Assembly (NCBI GenBank): GCA_030390025.1
Contig: CM059432.1
Span: 110,796,001-110,860,000, forward strand
Origin: Squalus acanthias
Taxonomy: Eukaryota
Direction of reading: 5' to 3'
DNA length: 64,000 nucleotides
How positions within the stretch are numbered: position 1 is the first letter of the stretch; each line of letters begins with the position of its first letter. Positions 23,941 through 35,059 of the stretch are shown here, piece after piece. A program made the translations under genes and the position numbers. The notes under the pieces are model-generated. The model was not told the origin of the DNA. It searched no databases and worked only from the letters and a program-made list of their open reading frames with translations.

Positions 23941-24219
23941 TGGGACAAAGAGAACCAGAATTGGAACAAGTTGTTTATCGCACTTCAAACTGTATTTAAA
24001 TCAGATGCTTTTGAAGGTGTACAAGAAAAGTGTTGATTACTCAGAGAAAAGGTTTCTCTTCAGTATAAGTCCACTGAAACACTTTTCAGTGCTTGCTCTT
24101 CACACTCAATTCACATTTGAGGACCTATGGATTGTGTCAAGGCTGCAAATCTGGCAGACCTGGATGGAGAAGCATCGTACCATGAATTTTGTTTACTCCA
24201 TAAAGTTATGCCAAAGCTT
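23941..24219 (+). pseudogene. hAT transposase fossil, segment preceding the C-terminal dimerisation motif
   Basis: Reads ...MDCVKAANLADLDGEASYHEFCLLHKVMPKL with upstream stops; continues at 27061. Confidence 0.5.
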
Positions 24220-24495
24220 CAGGGCGGCACGGTGGCATAGTGGTTAGCACTGGTGCCTCACAGCGCCAGGGACCCGGGATCGAATCCGGCCTCGGGTGAC
24301 TGTCTGTGTGGAGTTTGCACATTCTCCCCGTGTCTGCGTGGGTTTCCTCCGGGTGCTCCGGTTTCCTCCCACAGTCCAAAAATGTGCGGGTTAGGTTGAT
24401 TTGGCTATGATAAATTGACCCTTCGTGTTAGGGGGGGATTAAATATGTGGGGTTACAGGGATAGGATGGGATATGTGTCAGTGCAGGCTCGATGG
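24220..24495 (+). mobile_element. HE1-like V-SINE
   Basis: A box TGGCATAGTGG, B box GGATCGAATCC, V-domain GTGGAGTTTGCACATTCTCCCCGTGTCTGCGTGGGTTTCCTCCGGG. Confidence 0.9.
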
Positions 24496-24504
24496 GGATT
24501 CTGT

Positions 24505-24630
24505 GTGGGAAAGCAGGGACAGGGTACTGGATTTGGATGATCAGCCATGATCGTATTGAATGGTGGAGCAGGCTCGACGGGCCGAATGGCCTACTCCTGC
24601 TCCTAGTTTCTATGTTTCTATGTTTCTATG
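24505..24630 (+). mobile_element. CR1 3' UTR/tail abutting the V-SINE
   Basis: Matches the 39927-40055 tail and ends (TTTCTATG)x3. Confidence 0.88.
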
Positions 24631-24762
24631 ATATAAAGGGGGGGACATTCGGTTGGTTAGCGCCTCCGGGGGGGGGGGGGGCGATAACAGGGTGCTAACA
24701 GGGCCCAGCTATAGTACTAACGCCTGCAAAATTCACCTGGAGGTTTGCGGCGGCGGTAACCC

Positions 24763-26435
24763 TGTAGAATTCGCAATATTATCGCGATTTTATAAAATAA
24801 GAGGGAGACATAAAGTTTCGTACAAACAGCTTTATTTCAGCAGAATGCTGTCAGGTTTTCAAAGTGGACACAAGCAGCCTGTAAAATGGCCGCCACGCCT
24901 CGTGGCAGAACGTTCTAGACTTTTCGATAAGCAGACAAGATGGCGTTCCAATAAACATTTGTGCGAGATCGGACAAGACTCGGCACATTTGAGATAAATC
25001 ACAAGACATAATGGGTTTGCATTTTACACATAAATACTGGAATCGGTCTCCCAGGTGCAAATAAGGGCTATTGTACCGAGCGATCAAGGACCCATCCAAA
25101 GACATTAATATGCAAAATCCCCACGACTCTACGATGAGAGAGCCGTTTGCAGGTAGTTACAGAAACATTTGGAAGCCCCAAAAACCCCTCCAGGGAAAAT
25201 ACTGACCGGTTCCACAATGGGAGAAGTATTAACGGGTACTCAGGCAGTTACAAGTATCACCAAAACCCATTAAACGGAGATCACCCTATACAAGAAGTTT
25301 GGGCGCCAAAACCCTGACAAAAGAAAAGACATTAAGATTGGGCGGGAAAAGAGGAATTACAGCACTATAACTGTAAGGTACAACCGTCCATCTCTCTCTT
25401 GCCTCTTGACTCTTGCATCTGCCTCTTGACTCTTGGATCCTGACTCTTGCTGCTCGACTTGCTAGAAGACTTTTGAACTTTCTGATCCGCCAGGATCAAC
25501 CTCGTGGCTTGCCGCGAAGATCTGTGTGGAACTGGGCTGTGAAGCCTTGAAACGGGCACACCATCCCGAGAAGTCGGTAAACGGTGTTGGAACCGAAGGC
25601 CCGAGATGAGATGAGATGAGATGAGAAGAGAAGAAGACGACCATACGTATCGCCACGGTCAGTAAGCCCCGACCGCGCCTGTAGGTCGAATAAACACTTT
25701 CCTTGCCCAGGAAGACTATTCTTTGAGTTTTACAAACTGGCGTGAGGGCACAGGAAGACCATTCTTCGAGTTTTATCGCATCGGGGCGAGGGCACAGGAA
25801 GACTATTTTTCGAGTCGTGTCGGAACTCCGAGGACAACACAGATCTTCATGACAGCAGACGGTCCAGCCTGCTAGCCGGAGCAGAAACGAGTAAACAAGT
25901 GGGGTACAGAGACCCCTGATCAACATGTGGGTGGTCAGGTGCTGCGGTAAAAACATCCGAGCAGAGTTTTCGGAATTTCTCCGAGTTATCACGAGTGGTG
26001 AGCATGAGTCTCGATCCTACAAATCTAGTTTAGGACAGGTATTGATAGGGGAGGGTTTAAGTTTTAAGGATAATTGCAATGTGTGCCCCCTTTTACGATG
26101 TGTCGTGCGCTCCTCGTTTCCCTAAAATTAGTTACATAACTGCGTGTAAGATTGTACTGTCATTAATCTGTGCTTATGACATGTATTTCGTAATCTTGAA
26201 TAATATGCAATAAAGATTTTCCATTTCGCACTATTCAACCGGGTCTACCTGAGTTTTCTCTGCATTATTGCTCTCGCACCTAAGTCCAGTGTCAGAACCG
26301 TAAGGGCGAGTGGGTCGAACCACTCACAGGTGTCTACTGCTACCAGGCTGGCTGGAGACCAGAACAGGCAACAAGGCCTAACCCCGCACTAGCACCCAGG
26401 CTACGCACAGAGCCTCACAGGTCTCACCCCTTACA
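24763..26435 (+). mobile_element. Solo LTR, 1673 bp (Gypsy or ERV type)
   Basis: TGTA...TACA termini and 4-bp TSD ACCC (24759-24762, 26436-26439). ATTGG and GGGCGG near 25337-25346, TATAA at 25366, AATAAA at 26209. Confidence 0.88.
25708..25815 (+). repeat. Three 43-44-bp-period repeats inside the LTR
   Basis: CAGGAAGACYATTYTTYGAGT at 25708, 25751 and 25795. Confidence 0.9.
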
Positions 26436-27060
26436 ACCCCTAGAGCCACGATCTCCTGTGCCCGGAGATCGTGACGTCATCCGGCTGCGCAGCTCCCCGG
26501 TAGCGCCCCGGACCCAAACTTCGGTTCCACCCCCTGCAGCATCGCCGGGCGAAAACACCGGCAGCTGCAGGAGGCGTTCATCGGGAGGCCGAGCGCTGCG
26601 GGGTGATACTTAAAGGCGAGGTGGCCGAGGTAAGTAAAAAAAATACGGAAATGCTGGTTCTCTGTTTTTTTTGCTTTTCCCCCAGTGCTCGATCAGCCTG
26701 GCACTCTGCTGCAGTGCATTGGACTGATCGGGTCGGATCGCGGCTGCCGTCAGGGACCAGGTAAGTTGCTTTCCATTGCAGAGCCTGCAGCGATGGCCCT
26801 TCCCTTTAAGGGAGGGAAGGAGCCTTCCAATGCGGCAGCGTTGCACGGCCCATTGTGCAGCGCTGCTCACCTACCAGCCCCCCTGCTGCTTGTTGCGCTC
26901 CAGGAAAGAAGTGGAGCTCTTGATTTAGTGCTCCACTACCTCCCTGGAGCGCTAAAACCCAATATTTTAAAAGCTGGGAATCATTAGCGCCTGGCGCTAA
27001 GTTTTCCAGCTTTCAAAAGTTACCGTCCCCAGACGGGGCGATACTGAATTTCTCCCCCAG

Positions 27061-27200
27061 AATGACTGGATCATCATTGGGATAATATCTTCTCCAACTG
27101 CAAGTGTCCAGGTCTTCAAAAGTTAGTGGAGCATGTGCTCGCAGTACATGTGAGCAACAATATAGTGGAAAGAGTATTCACCATGATGAAGTATCTATAG
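27061..27200 (+). pseudogene. hAT transposase fossil, C-terminal dimerisation motif
   Basis: LDHHWDNIFSNCKCPGLQKLVEHVLAVHVSNNIVERVFTMMKYL* matches the hAT pattern W...P.L.KL...L.IP.SNA.VERVFS. Confidence 0.7.
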
Positions 27201-27504
27201 GCAACAAATTGGTCCCCATTGTACCTGTTTTTTGGGTGAAAAATTAGCATTGGTAGACAAATTTCGGCACAGTCTCTGATGCCCCACCTCCTCCGGAAGT
27301 ACACCAGCTACAACATTGGAAACTGTGACTTCCCAGTGTCCAGGGTGTCCACCGGAAACAGGCGTTTGGTGGCTTGACAATACAAATCAGGGTCCCAACT
27401 GCTGGTTTAGGACCCTGCTCAAAATTTGTCATAAACTGGGTAGAGAATGCCCCAGACATGCTCTGCACAGTTTTTCTGGGTCTACAGCAGTCCTTAAATG
27501 GACC

Positions 27505-27730
27505 ATTGGCCAGACTAGGTAAGAATGGAAGGTTTCCTTCCCTAAAGGACATGAGTGAACAGTTGGGTTTTAACGGCAATCACGTTACTGATACCAACAT
27601 TTTAATGCCAGATTTTAAAAAAATGTAATTCAAATTCTCAAACTACCCTAATGGGATTTGAAGTTACATTTTCTGGATTATTAGTCCAGGCCTCTGGATT
27701 ACCAGTAGAGTAACATAACCACTACAATAC
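27505..27730 (-). mobile_element. Degenerate tRNA-derived SINE
   Basis: Minus strand has a GTAGTGGTTATG...GTAATCCAGAGG...TTCAAATCCC head and a TCCTTTAGGGAAGGAAA body; family recognised from memory only. Confidence 0.55.
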
Positions 27731-27744
27731 AATAACAATTCGAC

Positions 27745-28850
27745 GCTGCAATAGGAGCGTAGGAACAGGAGGAGGCTATTCAGCCCCTCAATCTGTTTCG
27801 CCATTCAATTCCACCTTGGTTCCGTAATCCTTAATACCCTTACCTAACAAAAATCTATCAATCTCTGTTTTGAAATTTTCAATTGACCCCCCAGCCTCAA
27901 CAGCTTTTTGGGGCGAGAGTTCCAGATTTCCACTCCTCAGCCCGTGGCTCAGTGGGTAGCACCCCTCGCCTCTGAGTCCAAAGGTTGTGGGTTCAAGTCC
28001 CACTTCAGAGACTTGAGCATAAGAATCTAGGTTGACACTCCAGTGCAGTACTGAGGGAGTGCTGCACTGTCGGAGGTGCCATCTTTCGGATGAGATGTTA
28101 AACCGAGGTCCTGTCTGCTCTCTCAGTTGGACATAAAAGATCCTATGGCACTATTTCGAAGAAGAGCAAGGGGAGTTATCCCTGGTGTCCTAGCCAATAT
28201 TTCTCCCTCAATCAACATCGTTAAAAAAAAGATTATCTGGTCATTATCACATTGCTGTTTGTGGGAGCTTGCTGTGCGCAAATTGGCTGCCACGTTTCCA
28301 ATATTGCAACAGTGACTACACTCCAAAAAAGTACTTCATTGGCTGTAAAGCGCTTTGGAATGTTCGGTAGTCGTGAAAGGCGCTGGAGAAATGCAAGTCT
28401 TTCTTTTTTTCTTTTCTTTGTGTGAAGAAGTGCTTCCTGACATCACCCCGAACGGCCTGGCTCTAATTTTAAGGTTATGCCCCCTTGTCCTAGATTCCCC
28501 CACCAGAGCAAATGGTTTCTCTCTATCTACCCGATCAAATTCTTTAATCATCTTAAAAATCTGAGGTGTGGTGCCCAGAACTGCTGAATGCAATACTTCA
28601 GATGGGGTCTAACCAGAGCTTTACACAACTGCAGCATAAATTACACCCCTTTGTATTCCAGACCCCTTGAAATAATGGTTAACATTCCATTACCCTTTTT
28701 GATTATTTTCTGTATCTGTCTACTAGTTTATATAGATTTCTGAACATTGACCCCTAAATCTTTCCGCGCCTCCACAGTTCCTACCTTCTCATCGTTTAGA
28801 AAATACTCTGGTCTATCTTTCTTGGGTCCAAAGAAGATGACATTAGGGGA
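27745..28850 (-). mobile_element. Degenerate CR1 3' portion interrupted by a DeuSINE
   Basis: ORF 28336-28593 (IFKMIKEFDRVDREK..SRTRGHNLKI); tail at 27745-27790. Confidence 0.85.
27938..28415 (+). mobile_element. tRNA-derived DeuSINE (SacSINE1-like), full length
   Basis: A and B boxes, Deu-domain and T-rich tail; closely similar to 21717-22133. Confidence 0.9.
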
Positions 28851-30397
28851 ACTTTCCTTCTGGTTGGGTGAATTAAGATAGCCTTCCTTATCCATAATAA
28901 TCTTGTCCCAACTTCAATCATGGAATAATGCAACTTGGGCACTTGTAAAGCAAACCCCATCACTAATTTTAAATTGTTTGCCAACCGGCATGGGACTTTA
29001 TAGTGTACATAAGATGGCTTGTCACTCCCAGAGCTGGTGTGAATACTTGCATTGTAAAAGCTTCTTTTCATGTCTGCTGTTCTCTTGTAAATGATTCTAT
29101 TACAGTGGGTTTCCTGGGGATCTTGCAGACGATATTCCGCTGGTTTTTGTTACACATAAACATTCTGAACATGTTGTGATGCCAAAGAAACAAAAATACA
29201 AGCCAGAAACAGAAAAATAACATTGAAAATTTAAAAAGCAAAAAGCCATAAAAAGACTCATTTAAAACGCCTCTGCCCCTTAATTGCTGCAATTGGGTGG
29301 GTTCAATACATCCTGCAATCCCTTTGTAAATGACAGGAAATCACAAGTGCTCAAATTACGTATATTCAGGTCTTATTTAAATATTCTAATGAAGCTCTTG
29401 CACAAAATTGCACACGGCACATTCCAACAGGGACCAGGGGGATTTTGTGCAACCACATTGCTTGAGCACCACCCACCCAAAACTAGCTAAGAGGAATTCT
29501 TCTACCCGCTATGTGCATGGAAAACAATAATGATGTCCACAGCAAGCCACTGAAAAAGCCACAGAAATATAATTTCCATTTGTCTGATACGAAATGCGCA
29601 AGCTATTTCCTGAGGGACGCATCACATTTTCCTTAACCTGGAAAACGCAGGAACAAGTTGGCAAGAGCCTAGGTTTAGCGATTCTCAATTGTAAGTGGAG
29701 GTACTGCTGGAGTTTTATCAGCTGAAGCCATGCTCCTTAACAGCACAGAGTACTTTCCTCCTGCTAGTCTAATTGGAACCACCCTGCCCATTAAAGTATA
29801 GATTTATAAGGTTATCTGGAGCGGAGAAGCGTAGCCCCGGTGACATATTGATGAGCGAGACAAGTGCCAATTATCAGCAGCATCTCGTATACTGCAGAAC
29901 TGCCTGGCTAAAGCGTCAGATTGTTGCATGGCACTGTATCCTGAACATTCCCAAAAAGAGTTGGGATAGCATCAAGATGGCTAAAGTCAAAAGGTGACTA
30001 CATTGTATGCAATTAATTAAATCATGCTGTAATTATACTCAAACTTGCACCACTCCTTAGAGTGTAATTAGATTTGCTTTGGAATAATTAATTTTATTGA
30101 AGCAGAAGTGTTGTCACCATGACCCTGAAAAGGATTAATCAAATACAGCTAACGCCAAAATTGATTGATAAAATATATATCAGTACCAATCAGCTCTACG
30201 CAAACAAATAACCATAACATTGAATTCCACTGGACGAAGCTACTTTCCATTTCATTTTTTGTACAGAATTCATAATCTAAGCAAAACAATTAAATGTAAA
30301 ATTCCAAACCAAGTCTAGGTTGTTTCCCAATGGTCTGTTTTTTTTAATGGTACACAGGATAAAAATGTGCTTCTAAAATCTACATAATGACAGCAAA

Positions 30398-31810
30398 ACA
30401 TGGCAACACAGGAGCAGGAGGAGGCCATTCAGCCCCTCGAGCCTGCTCCGCCATTCGATGAGATAATTTAAGACTGAGATGAGGAGGAATTTCTTCACTC
30501 AGAGGGTTGTGAATCTTTGGAATTCTCTACCCCAAAGGGATGCTGAATCGTTTGAATATATTCAAGGCAGAGATAGATAGATTTTTGGACTCATGGGGAA
30601 TCAAGGGATATGGAGATCGGGCAGGAAAGTGGAGTTGAGGTCGAAGATCAGCCAAGATCTTATTGAATGGCGGAGCAGGCTCGAGGGGCCGTATGGCCTA
30701 CTCCTGATCCTAATTCTTATGTTCTTATGTTCTTATCATGGCTGATCTGCGACCTAACTCCATATACCAGCCTTTGGCCCATATCCCTTAATACCTTTGG
30801 TTAACAAAAAGCTATCAATCACAGATTTAAAATTAATTGACTAGCATCAACTGTCATTTGCAGAAGAGAGTTCCAAGCTTCTACCACCCTTTGTGTGTAG
30901 AAGTGTTTCCGAATTTCACTCCTGAAAGCTCTGGCTCTAATTTTTAGACTATGCCCCCTAGTTCAAGAATCCCCAACTAGCGGAAATAGTTTCTCTCTAT
31001 CTACCCTATCTGTTCCCCTTAATATCTTGAAAACTTCGATCAGATCACCCCTTAACCTTCTAAATTCTAGGGAATACAACCCTAATTTGTGTAATCTCTC
31101 CTCGTAACTTAACCCTTGGAGTCCGAGTATCATTCTGGTAAATCTACGCTGCACTCCCTCCAAGACCAATATATCCTTCCTAAGGTATGGTGCCCAGAAC
31201 TGCTCACAGTGCTCCAGGTGTGGTCTAACCAGGGTTTTGTATAGCTGCAGCATAACTTCTACCCCCTTGTATTCTAGTCCTCTAGATATAAAGGCCAGCA
31301 TTCCATTAGCCTTTTTGATTATTTTCTCTACCTGTTCATGAAATTTTAATGATCTATGTACCTGAACCCCCAAGTCTCTTTGGACCTCCACTGTTTTTAG
31401 CTTTTCACCATTTAGAAAGTACCCTGTTCTATCCTTTTTAGGTCCAAAGTGGATGACCTCACATTTGCCTATATTGAATTCCATTTGCCACAATTTTGCC
31501 CATTCACTTAATCTATCGATATCTCTTTGTAATTTTATGCTTTCATCTACACTGCCTACAATGCCACCTATCTTTGTGTCATCAGCAAACTTGGATTTAT
31601 GACTTTCTATGCCATCATCTGAGTCGTTAATAAATACTCTGAATAGTCGAGGCCCTAACACAGATCCCTGCGGGACACCACCAGTCACATCCTGACAATT
31701 AGAGTACCTACCCATTACCCCTACTCTCTGTCTCCGCCACTCAGAAAATCTCCTAACCAGGTCAATAATTTGCCTTCAATTCCCTGAGCTTCAACTTTAG
31801 CGAACAGTCT
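30398..31810 (-). mobile_element. CR1 RT C-terminal half and tail
   Basis: ORF 30963-31715 ([24 protein letters not shown]). The tail is split by an opposite-strand CR1. Confidence 0.93.
30468..30735 (+). mobile_element. CR1 3' end nested in the tail of the minus-strand CR1
   Basis: KTEMRRNFFTQRVV...; ends in TTCTTATG repeats. Confidence 0.9.
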
Positions 31811-32164
31811 CCCCCCGCACCCCCCGACCAAAAAAAATCATGTTCTGGTGCAGTTGCTTGTCCCTGGGGTCTGATCAAAGCTTGTCATTGCTAGTCTAAC
31901 CATGTCTAATCATGAACCTTCTCCTGGTTAAAGCTTGCTTCTGTCTGTTTGGCTGGTGGTGGGTGGGTAGGCGGGGGCAGGGGGAGTGTTAGCTGAAGTA
32001 ACTATGGCGAGTTGTTAGGAGGTTGCTGGCGACCCTTTCTCAGATCATTAAATCTAAGGGAACCGAGTACAACTTCTAAGGCTCACTTTTAGTGGGTTTA
32101 GTAGGCCTTGTTCTGATGAGTGGAGACCAAGTGTAATAGGTCCAGACCAGTGTAATAGGTCTCA

Positions 32165-32560
32165 AATAACAACAGAAAATGCTGGAAAAAATCAGCAGGC
32201 CAGGCAGCATCCGTGGCGAGAGAAACAGAGTTAACGTTTCAGGTCGAAGACCTTTCGTCAGAACTGGAAAAAAGCAGGAAATGGAATAGATTTTAAAGCA
32301 AGTTTAGGGGCTGGGAAAAGGGGGAGGGGATGAAAGAACAAAAGGGAAGGTCAGTGATAGGATAGAAAGCAGGAGAGATTAAGAGACATTAAGAGATATT
32401 CAAGGCAAGAGGAGGTGGTAATGGGACAGGTTAAGGAACAAAGGATGGCTCGAGATGAAGTGTGAATTGCGCTGGCAGAATGAAGGACAGCTGCCATGTG
32501 GGAGGGAAGAAAAAAAGGCCAAACAAAAAGTGTGGATAAAAAATTTTTTTTTTTTTAATT
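32165..32560 (-). mobile_element. Penelope-like element 3' terminus
   Basis: Reverse-complement similarity to 59780-60115. Confidence 0.8.
32229..32265 (-). ncRNA. Minimal type I hammerhead ribozyme motif
   Basis: AGUU-CUGACGA-A-AGGUC-UUC-GACCU-GAAA-C-GUU-AACU: perfect 5-bp stem II and intact core. Confidence 0.72.
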
Positions 32561-33564
32561 AATTTTTTTTTAAAATAGGTCGTCCACTCTTTTTCCTCGG
32601 CTTTGCAGCTGGGAAGTAGCTGTTCCTGGAGTGTAAGACAGAGCCTTACTGTGTACTGTGGTAATGACCTATTGACCAGACCAAGTAAACACCCTGATCT
32701 TGACTGAGTATCTGTGCTGATCCAAAGCAGCAACAGGAATGGTTGGTTGGGCTGGGTTAGGTGTGAATACATAGAGGGAAATCAACAAACGTTCCTGCTC
32801 CAGATTGCTACCCTGTGACTCCTACTGTGAAATGCATTTATGTATGAACAGCAGCTGAGGACTGGATTTGGTGCAGGTGTTATTTTCCCCAGAGTGAAGT
32901 AGCTTTTCAGCATTCACTGTCCAGGTGCACGTGTGAAAAGCAACCATGTTGGTGAGGTAATTGAGTGCTGCTTTCACCTGTGGAACTGTAGACCCCTCCC
33001 CCCCTCGGCACATGTCAGGGTTTTCGGGAAAGAAGGGAGGAGCAGAAAATGAGGGAACAATGCAAGCTGGCTATTTTTGTCTGCAGTTTAAGGAAGTAAT
33101 GACGCAAGCATAATTCTGATTCAAGGTTGATATTTCTTGGCAAAGTAATTACGTGTTTATCAAAAATTCAGCTGTATTTTATATATGTTGGTGTCATCCG
33201 CAACATATGAAATCTTGAATCACTGAATGTTTCCTAAGAAGTTGTCTTGGTACTTATAAAATCAAATTACAGTAGTCTAGGATAACAATATATATCCCAG
33301 AATCTAAGAATTAAACTCTCTAAAGGGCACACTCAGTGGAAAAGAGAATCTATTTGCGTTTTCCAGAAATAAATACAGTTGAGAGTACACGTGGTGCGAT
33401 AACCATTAGATGTGCTCAGTAGTACGGGGGACAGGAGAGATGATGCCATTGCAGAAAATGAATGCCAAATGCACCCATTAACAGTGCTGGACTTGTGCTC
33501 CATTGTATGCTTAATGAATGGAATCCACAATTCCTGATCAAAGCTATTAGTTCTTCCTCAGAAA

Positions 33565-33695
33565 CTCTAAAGTGAGGGGTATCAAGTGATACGAAGCAAA
33601 GGCAGGTAAATGGAATTGAGGTACATGATCTCACTGAATGGCGGAACAGGTTCGAGGGGCTGAATGGCCCACTCTTTTTCTCATGTTCCTATGTC
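33565..33695 (+). mobile_element. Short CR1 3' tail
   Basis: GAATGGCGGAACAGGTTCGAGGGGCTGAATGGCC...TTCCTATGT. Confidence 0.75.
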
Positions 33696-34120
33696 TAAAT
33701 TCAGATACTGAGGAATACAATTCATCCACATGAAAAGCTGAACTAAAACTATTTGTAGACATCAAGGGTGCTGAAGAAAAATGAAACCATAACTTTGTAT
33801 TCAAAGCACATTCATTCTTCAAGCACAAAGCACACAGTCCAGAGAGAGTGCTGCTTCTGATATAAAGGAAACAAAGGGAACAAATACGAACACAGTCATG
33901 TCGGAAGTGTGCACGCACTTCTTGCCTGCCATTTTGGCACTTAGGAAGCCAGGTAGCACTTGAAAAATGGGCATTGTGACCCAATTTCTAGCCATCGTCT
34001 GTGGCTCCTGCCACAAACTCTGTTCCCATGTCTCTGCTTCTACTGAAAGCTGGGCTAAGCTCTGTGAAGGTTGCTCATGAATGTACAATTGTAACCTTCC
34101 TTTCTCTTATCTTTCTCTAG

Positions 34121-34725
34121 GTGTACCACAGCAAACCAAGACAACTACATGTTCCACTACATCCGGCCATGGTAGCACTTCACAGAACACTCGGTCACTC
34201 ACTCTGTTCCTCCAAAGCACCAGCTCAGATCCATCCATCCTGAGGGATGCAGTCAGTGAGATAGAGGGGAGTGCACTTGATGAGACACACACCATGAGTG
34301 AGCTGAAGCAAGTGGTGCCGATGGCCGTAAACAAGGAAGGGGAGGAGAAACCAGAGGGCGTTCATTGCTGATCCTGGAATGTGTACCTCATCTGTTTTGT
34401 GAAGAATGCTTCATGGTCATCAAACATTATTCCAAGCATTCGGGACCCAGCCAAGCAACATGCTGGAAATGGCAGCTTGGCCCTATGCTTTCCCACAGGG
34501 AGTAGCTTCCATCCATTACTGATACATATTTGAATCAGAGAAGATACAAAGCTATGGGAAAAGCATAGGGCAGTGGGATTAGTTTTGGACTGCTCCACCA
34601 AAGAGCTAGCACAGAGATGAGAGGCCAAATGGCCTCCTTCTACGCTGCAAACCATTGTTTGGTTCTATGGAAGAAGGCACTCGCTGCATTTGCACAGCCT
34701 TGCATGGTCTACCAGGAAGTGTGTG
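34121..34725 (+). pseudogene. Second decayed Harbinger Myb/SANT-like gene exon (a short CR1 tail lies at about 34520-34670)
   Basis: Polypyrimidine tract plus TAG acceptor at 34120, same phase as the 1253 acceptor. SEIEGSALDETHTMSELKQVV aligns to SQVDGTALGGSHGTSEPEQTVV (ORF 1184-1657), and ICTALHGLPGSV near 34690 aligns to LTEVLAVLPGTL. Confidence 0.5.
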
Positions 34726-35059
34726 GTATGACGACAGATATCCGCAGTGGAGCCTGCCATCCCATGTCTCCTAAGGGCAGTTGGTGATTCTCCCACAGAT
34801 GCTCAGTCTGCTCTCAAAAAGGCCTGGGTTTGAGAGTGGAATGTTTATCTCTTCAAGCTTCAATAGGTTGGGGAATTCGCATGGGGAAACCCAGTGTGGC
34901 ACGATTCGAGGTGCTGGGGCAAAAAAGTCAGCAGCACAACAATTATCACAAAGGCTCCTGAAAACCTAAATGCCAACAGAAACAAGTCATGGTGCAGAAA
35001 TGGCCTGGAAGTTCTTCAAAGAATCTTCCTACTGAGCTATTTAAATGAACTTCCATGTA

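Larger units (their letters stand above)
24638..27058. mobile_element. Harbinger-type MITE (same family as 10744-11607, opposite orientation) hosting a solo LTR
   Basis: Right end GGGGCGATACTGAATTTCTCCCCC is nearly the reverse complement of the 10744 left end. Left end GGGGGGGACATTCGGT is an imperfect TIR. TSD imperfect. Confidence 0.75.

Noticed and set aside
25708..25815. Repeat-spacer-like pattern suggestive of CRISPR
   Set aside because: Only three degenerate units, the short intervening parts are partly similar to each other, there are no cas genes, and it lies inside a vertebrate LTR.
25462..25992. 176-aa antisense ORF in the solo LTR
   Set aside because: No recognisable domain, crosses simple repeats, and is plausible by chance in GC-balanced sequence.
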